Assembly (NCBI GenBank): GCA_964247055.1
Contig: OZ176054.1
Span: 11,346,001-11,410,000, forward strand
Length of the DNA: 64,000 nt
Reading direction: 5' to 3'
DNA from: Paragordius varius
Taxonomy: Eukaryota > Animalia > Nematomorpha
Positions 36,369 to 51,530 of the stretch are shown here, one piece after another. Position 1 is the first letter of the stretch. The number at the start of each line of letters is the position of its first letter. The position numbers were made by a program, and so were the translations under genes. Under the pieces are notes generated by a model. That model made no database searches. It was not told where the DNA came from and saw only the letters and a program-made list of their open reading frames with translations.

Positions 36369-39300
36369 TTAAACGCGCAACCAATACATCCCACCTCTGA
36401 TACGATTATAATCCAACAGATTTTCGATGGGACCTACAATATAAATATATTTACAATTATTTTGGGTATATGAAAGAATAATAAAACATGTAATTTTAGG
36501 TATCAACTTCGAAATAAATGAATAAAAATTAATTAATATTAAATAACAATCGTTAAAATAAACTGTTTTCTCTAATTAGGTGCGCTATTACTAAATATGA
36601 ATGGAACTGGTTTTTAATAATTTGGATAAAATATATATCTAGTCTATTATTCACTCTTAAAATTAAACTTAAATCAACACGTAACAACATTAGATGGTTA
36701 ACATAATTTCGAATGATTTGAAAAATACCAATGGCGGCAACGACTGGACACTTGTCATAAATATAATCCATACATGTATCTTTCACATCTTGTGCGGTAA
36801 CATCCTAAAACATATATGTCAGCCTGAATTTTTTTTGTAACTAAGTAATTGCAATATAAAATAAAATTTTAATGATTGTGCTATTGTATTTCTAGACCTT
36901 ATGTTAAAATGAGCATATATTAAATTCTTCAGGTATAATACGTATATGCATTTCGTAGTAAAGGTTTTTAAAGCAATTTTGTGTCAAAAACTCAGAAACT
37001 CAAAATCTATAGTTTTTTCCAACGTTGATATTGTAAAGGCAACTTGAAATTATGTTAACTCAAATTTAATAGAAAGTCTAATTTCTAATTTTTCCAATAA
37101 TTACTTAGGTATAGTTTAAAGACTTACAATGAAAAACAATCGGGTTTAAAAGCAAAAAAATGTACTAAATTTTACATTTATTCTGGCTTCCATTTCATAA
37201 AAGGGAATACGGCGTCCATAACATAGCATATGTCTAAAAACAATGTAAAAAAGAAGGATTGATATAGTATATCATAGTTGAAATTTAAAATATATATAAA
37301 GGATCATTCTCTAGAGTTTAAATATTTAACTATATTGGATAAAAATTATTTAAGCATTTTACTCAAATGATTTTATGGAATTACATAACATATAAATGTG
37401 CTTTTAAGTTATAATTTTTCACTTTAATACTAAATCGACTTTAAAAATTTAATTAAAAATCTAAAAATAAACATAAATACTTGTTGTATTTAATTAAAAA
37501 AAAGTTTGTATATTAATCAAAGCTAATATATATGTTTTATATTTTATTTGTATAAAAAATAAATAAATTTAAGCGATGTTTTAAAACTAAATGAAAAAAA
37601 TACAAAATCCATGGTATATCTCAAGTAATAAACGAGCATTAAAAAAGATCCTAATACTTTTAACCAATATTTCATGTATTAGAAAAACTAAAATTTTTAA
37701 TTAAAAAAATGTTTAGTAACCTACCTCCCAATATCTTCACATATAGGGGTCGATCCATCCAATTGCAAAAGCATGTTTGTTTTCAACAAATTTTTAGCTC
37801 TTTCAACCTCAAAATCGGTAATTAATGTACAAAGTCGCATCCTAAATAAGTAATAATAGATATGCAAAAAAATATTTTTAAAATTCTTATATTAATTTAA
37901 ATGGCTATGTCTTTATCGAAAATGATGATAATAATAGTTATTTTAAACGAAAAAACGCGCAAAATTAGATTTATTTGAAATACAGTGACATAAATCCGTT
38001 ATAAAAATGTTTGCTTAAAATAGATTTTCAATGCAACTAAATTCATTTCTATGGAGTTGTTGTCTTTAAAAAACAATGTTTTTACTTTTTATTAAGTATA
38101 TTACCCTCCCCCTCGTCCGTTTATATTAATTTTATTCAATACACTCAAAATGTTACCAATTTACTTTATATTTCTTCCTCCGTGCCCAAAACAAAATTCA
38201 AAAAATGGTTAGCTTTAAAAAACATAATTTATAAAAAATCAACTAAAATTCAACTTCTCTGCATCATTTATATTCTTTGAATTCGTAAAAGAAGACATAC
38301 CATTCTCTCTGTACATTGCACACCATATCATCGATAGCCATACGATCGCAAATGAAATAAATTCCCCACAAACCCGTATCCTTGTAGCACGTGTTAAAGC
38401 TTTGAAAACTGTGGACTTTATGGGCGTGTTGGGCACAAAGCGAAGCTAGCCGAGAGCCTGTATTTGGTCCAGCGCCCATTGAACGATCCCACATACCAAT
38501 CATCTGGGAAAATTATTGGCAAAAAAGGTGTTTCTTATATAACTAATTATAATGATAATATAAAAATTATTAACTATTAATTAAAATATAATTAAAGTCA
38601 TATAATTAATTTTTGGCGAAAACTTAAATTTTATTTTTTAACATAAATATGCCACACCTGGCAATTAGATTTGAATTTTGGGAATTTTCCGATGGTTATT
38701 ATACTATTTTTGCTTTAAAATGAAAAAAACTTTCAAACACAGGGAATATTAGGTGCATTCATACAAAATTTTGTTTTTTAACCCCAATACTTACCGTATT
38801 TGCAATCATTAAAGGGATATTATCTGCATTTTCCCAACCAACTCCCTCGACAGCAAGCGCGACATGGGCCAATGGCATAGCGTCATCCCTGACTCTAACC
38901 TATTTGACAAAAAATAAAAAATATAGTTATATAATTACCTATGCATAAAAATAATTTAATATGGTTGGTATGAAAATCATATTTTAGATTCTTATAATTT
39001 AACATATAAATTATGAGAAGCTTTAAACAATAACCATCCTTTTCCGTATGTTTTGCAAAAATAATTAAGGAAAAATGGTTTAGTTTAATTGGCATCTTTT
39101 ACTGTATACTCAAAAAACAGAGAAAATATTAAAAAAATATTATGTTATAAAAATTCTTTATTTGGAAAATAAACGACCCTTAAATTGGGAAACGCTGTTT
39201 TCAAAAATAATAATTGTTACATCAAAAAAAATTTGCGCAAAAAGTTAATTACAAAAATATGTTACTTAATGTTAAAAAATAGGCAAAAAAACCTCGCTCC

Positions 39301-42265
39301 CAGTATACCGACATGGTTTAATAAGTGGGATGGGAGAATCAATGTATTTGTTATCAACATGTCCAAAATATTGATCAGCCAAATCAACTAATTTCCCATG
39401 ATCAATTCCTTAATTAAGCAAATAAAAAAATAGATTTACATTGTTGCTTATTTCGCACTAAAGTTGGGCGATTTGCAACATAGTGTATATGGAAAAAAAC
39501 AACAAAATATTGAATAATATAAACAAAGTAATGTATAGGAAAGAAAATATTGTTCTTTCAACATTTTGTTGTTTTTTTCCATACGCTACTGGGTTCCAAA
39601 TTTCCAAACTATAAAGTGAAAAAAGCAACCATCATAATGCATAATGTATGAATTATGTATTTATTGATTATGTATTCACAATTTTTAATAACGTAGGTGT
39701 CAAATTTTATATCATTAAAATAAAGGTTGGTTATAAATTAGTTTTTATTCTTTTTAAAGTCCCAACCTATATGGAATCTTATCAATAATAAAAATTTTTG
39801 TATAGATCTTTTATAACAAATCTCATTACCCTTGTATAAATTTAAAACGTGAAAATGCTAAAAATATTTTTTCTTTTTAACAGACAGCAACCCATTTTGC
39901 AGTTAAATTTTTTTGACTAATTTTTCCTTAAATTATTCATATTGTGGTGTAAATATATTGTGGTGTAAATTTGAAGAATGAAATAATAAAAGCAATAATA
40001 GATTCAGTATTTTAAGTATATTTATTTAAAATAAAATTTTAAACAGAAAAAAATGTAAAAAATTAATTATAATTTTAACAAAAAAATATTAATGTGCAAT
40101 ACCTCCGGCGGCAGCTATAACCATGCGTGTCGATTTATAATGATCCTTGATATAATTGATTAAATGATTTCGATTGATAGTTCTATATATATATATATAT
40201 ATATTTAAATAAATAAAAATATCTTATAAATATAAATAAGGTCTATCAAAAAAAAGATTAAATAAATTATTTTTAACCAATATTATGCAAAATTGCAAAA
40301 TATAAGATAAAAATTTTCTATGCAAACTTCTTTAAATATAAGTACAATTGATATGATTAAATTTTTTCACATCTATTTATGTTTAAAACTACATTGTTTT
40401 AAATAAAAAAAACCTAAACATTTTATTCACTTAAAAAATATAAACCCAAATATATATCTAAACTCATCATTTTCAAAATAATAAATAAAAATTCCCAGAT
40501 TATACAATATAATTGAACTCAAAAAATTTTTAATAGAAAACAAATCAAACTTAATATTTTCAGTGGGTCCCAAAATAGTACGGCCCAGCGGAGTTCCTTG
40601 ATACGCACATGAATGCAAATGATCGAAAATGACTTCTTGTAAATTTGTTTCTACTTCCTATTTTAAAGTTAAAGTAAAAATTGAAATTATAAAGACTAAA
40701 CTACAAACTAAAAGGAAAATTTTTTTATTACAAGAACAGGCCTACTTTTAAAACGACGATTTATATAACCTTTCTTTATGGGGCTTAAAAGGACCGAAAT
40801 ATAATTTGCTAAAATAAAACTATATTATTAAAAAATATTATTACAGGTTAAAAATAGATGTATATATGATAGTTTTTATTTTTAGTTTTTGTGTGTATAA
40901 TTTCGTTTTTACCTGTAATTTTTATTTTTACTGTACATGCTAAAAAATATTTGTTTCCGACTTTTTTGAGATGTCCCATTTTTTATCTTTTTAAAACAAT
41001 CACGCGAAAAAAGGCTAAATTTATTATTTTAAATTATATAAAAAATTTTAAACTCACAAATTTATATATTTTACTTGCATTTCCCTCAAAATAACTCCGC
41101 GTTCTCTTTCTATTTCGGCTAACCCAAATTTGCTGTTTAGCAATATATCCGACAGAATATCCATTGCTATAAATAAATTAAATATCGTACATTTAGGTGA
41201 AAAGCCCTATCTTAACAAATTTAACAAAATACGGTAAATTTGAGATATGAAATGGTAAAATTAGTAAATTCTTGAGTTTTTAGAGATTTTAAAGTAAAAA
41301 TTATCAATCGTTTATCAACAACCATATATTTTAATACTATATTTATAAAGATAATAAGTTCAAAATTAATTATTCCCTTATCTAAACCGTCTGCCTAATC
41401 AAAAAAACTATTTAAAGAATAAATTATTTTAAAATATAATTAACTTTATTTCTATAATTTTTTTAACTTGTAAATCCCTATTCAACCAAACAGGCTCTTT
41501 CAGAATTTACTGTATAGTATATGCATACCTTTGGGTAAATCTTTAGTTAGACATTTGGCATAATACACTGTTTGTTCTCGTGAAGTATAAGCATTCAAAT
41601 GAGCTCCCATATTTTCGATTTCGAGTTCAAGGTCAAGTTGAGACCTTTTACTGGTTCCCTATATTTAAATTTAAAATAACATTCTTACATGAGTATATTT
41701 TAGTAAAAATAAATAAAACAGGTGGATTTATTAATTGTTTAAATATAAAAATTTAATTTAAGGTAATAAAAACGAAACGGCTTTTACAAATCAAATTTTT
41801 TAAGCATGGTTTTATATATATTTATTTATAAACAAATCACAAATCTTTTCCTAAATTTATCAAATTTAAAAAAAAACTAATAAGTTCAAATATAAAAATT
41901 AAGAGACAATATTAAAATATAAAAGTTATTATCCCATATAAAAACTAACTTTAAACGCCATGTGTTCTAGGAAATGCGCAGTACCGTTATTTTCTTCGGT
42001 TTCATATCGACTTCCAGCATCTATCCATACACCAACCTAAAATATATATAATTAAATATACTGTGCAAGTTTGTAGTCCAGAATCTTCTGAAGCGATTTG
42101 CATACCATTTTTTAGCGTAGATATTCGTGTTTCTGGCAAATTATATATCGTTTGTTCATATTTGACCGGTTGTGTTACCAGCGATCTTTTAAGCTATAAT
42201 AAAATAAAATAGGAATAAACCAAAAATTGAGTAGGTTTAGTTAGGATCTTTAACATTTTTTCCAT
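36369..42265 (-). CDS. PMPCB: Mitochondrial processing peptidase beta subunit, 14 exons, 470 aa
   Basis: Exons 42221-42265, 42062-42193, 41950-42036, 41529-41658, 41075-41166, 40551-40657, 40103-40182, 39293-39408, 38795-38899, 38301-38503, 37725-37841, 37176-37233, 36729-36804 and 36369-36433 splice in frame (1413 nt). M16 motif HFLEH intact, plus [12 protein letters not shown] and [13 protein letters not shown]; basic N-terminal presequence. Confidence 0.95.
39480..39590. repeat. Short hairpin / mini-MITE in a PMPCB intron
   Basis: atggaaaaaaacaacaaaatattgaa pairs with ttcaacattttgttgtttttttccat. Confidence 0.7.
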
Positions 42266-42353
42266 TTATTGGGATTTTAAAATGTTTCAATACTCAACAA
42301 AAATATAGGACATGTAAAAACATTTTTGAGTTGGCCCTCACATCACAAAAGGC
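42266..42353. promoter_or_regulatory. 88-bp divergent intergenic region between PMPCB and eIF2-alpha start codons
   Basis: ATG on minus at 42265 (alternative 42256) and ATG on plus at 42354. Promoter function is inferred from geometry only. Confidence 0.6.
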
Positions 42354-46212
<3,859 letters not shown>

Positions 46213-46971
46213 AGGATATTATTGAATAAATTAATCCCATAAAAATTACTGTTGCGCTTGTGTTGTGTTGTTTTTAGAGAAATTTGAACTTCTAATTCAT
46301 GAATAAGCCCAAATTAACAACGAGAATACCGTCGAAAAAAAATTAAATGCCTAATAATATAATTTTTCTTTATATTATTCTTTTATGAACTTTGTTTTAA
46401 ACGGGTTGTTAAGGTCAAAGAATCAACTCGCATATTAAATAGGATTCTGATGAACCACAGGAAAATAATAGTGAAGAATGAATGATTAAATAAATTTGTT
46501 TTATACATGGATTTAATTAATTTAAAATGATAAAAAATTTTAGTTTTAAAAATAAAATAATTACATAATTTAAAATCAAAAGATTATGTGGAAGACAACA
46601 ATGATGAGGAGGGAAATCAGATTTTGCAATCAGCATGAAAATAATTAAGATGAATGAATTTGTTTTAAATATAAATATATTTCCAATTCCATATAGTGGC
46701 TATTCAATAATAATGCTCTTTACTGTGTATGCTATCCGGCAATATTTAATAAAAAAAACTAGCAATGTATATTTACTCATACTGTAAAAATGAAAAATAA
46801 GAGTAATAAAAATGAGGTATGTGTAACGCCAATTTAAGAAGTAGTAGGATATTAACAGATAGGATTTGGATTCACATATTAAATCGCATAGTTTTCCATT
46901 TAAGAAGAGATCCTTTAACGACAGAAATAGACATCTTTTAAATATGTAAAATTTGAACTTTAATTTTAAAT

Positions 46972-49220
46972 CAGGTGTGTCCAAAACGCGGTTCGCGGGC
47001 CTTCGAGTACGGTTCGTGAAAATTTTGAAAATTCATAATTTAAAAAAATATGCTCACCAAATCTCACTGTAATTGGTAAAATTGCTTAATAAGCTTGTTC
47101 AATGGGGAACGATCCAGAAAATTTTAATATTGTGTTTGCATTATACAGTCTTATGTTTTTCTAATAAATTAGGCCAGTGATACTCAAACCGCGGGCCGCA
47201 TGCGGCCCTAAGAGTGCTTTGAAATTGCCCTATGATCATATTATTAAAATTATCTTTTTTTATTGATGAAATTTTAAAATACACATAATCGGATTTTCGC
47301 TATTTCAATATTAATTTATTTAATTAGATTTAATTTTAGTTTTACCCAAATTAAAATGTAGAAAAATTTTCCTACATTAAAATGATTTCAAAATTTTGGA
47401 ACACGTTCTTTTTGTTTCTGCGTTATATTTTCTTTTCTATTTGGAAATTATTGCATTCTTTTTTGTGTTTAAGCAATCCTTTCACCCAAACTTGCATATA
47501 GATATTCTTTTCATTGCTATACTGCATCATTTTTTATAACTCATTCCCATTAATATTTTTCAAATCAACATCATTAAATTTCGACCTATTTTTTAATAGC
47601 ATTCAAATTATTTTCCTCTTTTTGAAAATATTTACATAATATTTAAACATAAATTCAGAGGATGACATCTAATGCTGAAAAACGTAAATTATCCGATTAA
47701 AATCACTCCTTTTAAAAAGAGAATGAGAAAAATTCTTTGTCGTTTAAATAAAAATGTCACCTGCCTTATATGTAAGGACAACATAATTAAAATACAATAT
47801 TGAAAGACATTTTACAATACATCCTTCTCACAAACCAGAAAATCATGAGAAAAGAAACGAAAATTATTAAAAGATTAAGGAATTATACCAGGAAGAAAAA
47901 TCTATTATGTCCATACCTTTCTCCCAGGAAAAAGCTGTAACATTAGCTTCGTATGAAATTTTCTGTATTTTAGGAAAAAATATGAAACCGTTTACTGATT
48001 GCCAACTAATAAAAGAATGTCTAATAAATGGTTGCACTTTTCTATTTGATAAACATAGTAAAGATCAAATCATGACGCAAATTAAAAAACTTCAACTTTC
48101 TGATTTGACATGTGCTTGACGCATTATTTAAATATATTTATTGGCTCTGAAAAATTACAAATATTTTATTATTGCCATTGATTTAGCACTGATATTAGTT
48201 CAACTCCTCAGTGTGCACTCTTGTGAGATTTTGCAACGACAACATAATCAACGAGGAATATTTAAAAATTTTACTAATATATAATACCACGAAAGAGAGT
48301 GATTTTCTTGAATAATTAGCACTTTTTTCGATAATAATGGTATATTTCCATACAAATGGCTGTCCCTCTATAATTGGAAAAGGATTTATTCCTCTTTTGA
48401 AAAACAAATATAATTTGCAAAATATTTGATCATTTTACTGCTTTATTTATCAGCAAAACCTGGTTTCGCGTGTAAAAGATGAATCCTCAGTTCAGTCATT
48501 TAAAACGGTTGATAGTAAACCACAGGGGCAGTGAAATATACCGCCGTAAATTCAAAAACCCGCTGAAAGATATCCACAATGAGTTTGATGATATTCTTTT
48601 GTATACCACTGTGAGGGTTAAGCCTTAGCAAAGTATTAAATAGATTTTTTGATTTAAGACAGAATATTTATTCAAAGAGAATCGTAAAGTAATGTAGAGT
48701 TTTTGCAAGATGTGCCAAATAATAGAAAATATAAAAAAATGTGCTCAATTTATCCTAACTATTTTCCCCTCAACTTACACGTGTGAAACGGCATATTCAA
48801 AAATGAAGTATGTCAATAATACATACAAAAATCGCTTAATAGATAATCATATGGACGACATATTAAGATTGCCCTGTCATGAGCCGAAACCAAATTTGTC
48901 ACTTATTGGTTAATATCAAAATAATGTTATCAAAATATTTTAATTTAAACTAAATGGTGCAAAAGGATTTGTTAGCCGGATTTACATGCGATCCTCAAAA
49001 ATTTCTGTGCTGATGTAGAATTTAAATATGTGCATATGTGTCTAATAGCTATAGGATATTTGCCATTATAAAGTTCATGGCTCTCGAAAAAAATATATAT
49101 TTAATTTGGCCCGTCAAATTTTTTTGGTGAGTACCACTGAATTAGGCTATTTTTTATTAATAACCCGTCGGATTTGTGAGTTTAGGCGGCCGACGGAGCC
49201 ATTTGTGTTGGATACCCCTG
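46972..49220. mobile_element. Short non-autonomous hAT element (host of a nested hAT)
   Basis: TIRs caggtgtgtccaa / caggggtatccaa; 8-bp TSD TTTTAAAT / TTCTAAAT. Confidence 0.75.
47175..49139 (+). mobile_element. hAT (Buster/SPIN-like) element with decayed transposase, nested
   Basis: TIRs cagtgatactc / cagtggtactc; perfect 8-bp TSD AATTAGGC; remnants AVTLASYEI...KPFTDCQLIKECL and FPSTYTCETAYSKMKY. Confidence 0.88.
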
Positions 49221-51530
49221 TTCTAAATGATTTGGCTAATAATTGTGAAAAGATTTTTCGAATAAAATAAAATATAATCGCAGATTTTATTCCATATTGT
49301 GTAAAGTTAATTTCGTATGTAATATAGATGGCAGATTCCTTTTTTTTATTAGATTTAAAAATAATTTTTATGGAGCTTTTAGTTTGGAGATAAAATCAGT
49401 ATTAACCGTCCATAACATTTAACTAAATGACAAAATAAATCTTCAGTATTTTCATTTACCTTAAGATAATTCAACATTATACCGTTACTTTTTAAAAAAG
49501 GGCTTTTGTCTCCTTTTCCCCTTCTTTTGGGAAAATACTATGAGGCAAGTCAAATTCATTATAAACAATCATTCAGTGATGTAGTCAATGCCTTCTCTGA
49601 ACGCTTTAACTGCACACCCTGGTTGAATGGTTGGAATTTGACTTCGGAATCGATATCAAGAGATTTCGGAAGCGTAATTTTTGTGCTATCCGGGGCTGGT
49701 CGGAGTTTATAGCTTCTTAGCGAGCGAATCTCTACGGCCCCTCATATTTTCTCTTAATACTGCCATTGGTAAAATAATGCACAATTATTTAACCATACGG
49801 TTGGATCTTGCCAGTCCCAAAAGATAATCCAAATTATATAAATATTTTATATCGTAATAAAAGATAATTATTAAATAAAGTAAAAATTTGAGTCTGACAA
49901 GTTCCAAAAAAAACTTTTTTCATATTTTACGGTGATTGAAATTACAAAATGATAAAGTACAAATGTTATAAAAAATCTGAAATTTTTAATTTATATCATA
50001 TTTGAACAGTACGTTTGCGTTAATGATGAATACTTTTACAATGAATGACTGAAGGTCAACGGTTCTTATTTTTATTGGTGGAAAAGCCAGAATTATTTGT
50101 AGACAAAAAGAGACTCGTTTAAAGTGGTTTGGTTAACAGCAACAAATCCTGAATACAACTGGGGAAACAAATATTTGCCCAGGAAAACATAACTTATCTT
50201 AGAGCAAATATCTCCATAAATGGGTATCTATAATAGCAAGCGAAAAGGCAAATAATTCAACAATCAAACTCAAATCCATTCAGCCTGCTTCGAAAAATTC
50301 ATACCCTGTAACTCAAATTTTTCGGCGATGTGATGATAGTCGACAACATAGAAAAAGCGACCATGTTAGCAAAGGGGTTAGAAAACGTGAAGACCTAAGT
50401 TACTATATTTAGACTAGATTCAATATAGCACATTGTATCCATCAACTAGATATTTAGTAACAGAACGCTATGGTCCAAGCTGTCTCAACTGCCCCAGAGT
50501 TTGTATCCAAACTAAGGGATATTCATCATCATCAAAAAAATTCTCAGGTGACATATGCTTGAACCTCTTTGTTGGCTTATTTTATAAGCCTTCTCTCAAT
50601 GCATTAAAATTAACCAATAATACACAACCTTATGAACAAATGGACCAAAAATATATTTGACCTAGTCACATTAAGAAAATGCTGTTAATTGGTAATAGAT
50701 TGTTTTTTAATGTATACTTACTTAACGCTATATATCTGTATATTGTACTCAACGTTTACCAATATGTTTTGGCCTCATCATATGGGGATTAATAATATTT
50801 AGTATATGATATAAATAGTGTAAATAATACGATTCATATCATGTTTAATTCTTCTTCTTTGATTTAATGTAGGTATTATGTAAGCATCTCATGAAATCTT
50901 AAAAAATGCCTGTCCAGAGCTGAGAGTTATATAAAAAAGTTTTCATGAGTCTTTTACTATTGTCGTCAAAAGATAAGTGACTAAGCACTTTTGCAAAAAG
51001 TGTTTTAAAAGCGAATTATTGAAGGTTTCATATTTTTTATAATAAAAATATGATTATATATTTATGAGTGTATGTGATGTAGCCTTTTTAATTCGAGAGT
51101 CGAAATTAAAAAAGCATTTTAGGTCCCATATTTTGCCAGAATCTGCATAGCTAAAATTTTAAAAAATATTTTATAATACATTTTTGAATCTATTCGTACA
51201 ATAATAATTGAAGTTGTAGTAATATTTTTGTTGGAAGTTAAATATTATATTATAAATTTTATTTTCACTTTAATCTCTCTCTCATTAATCAAAAAGTTTG
51301 GCGGTAACAACTCCAACACCATCCGTATCGATTTTTGTGTAAAACATTAACATAAAAATTAAATAATGATTAATTTTATGTTAATATCGTTAGCATAAAT
51401 ATCTATTGTTTTTGTCATAAAGAAAATAATTAGAAGCCGCATAATACGAAGTTTAAATAAAAACTATTCAATAAAATTAAAAATTTTGCTTAAATACCTT
51501 TATAATTTAAAAAATTTTACAACACACTTC

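Noticed and set aside
42194-42254. Alternative 61-nt first intron for PMPCB that would avoid the 27-nt intron
   Set aside because: It puts exon 2 out of frame with the nearby ATGs, and the in-frame upstream sequence hits a stop without an ATG.
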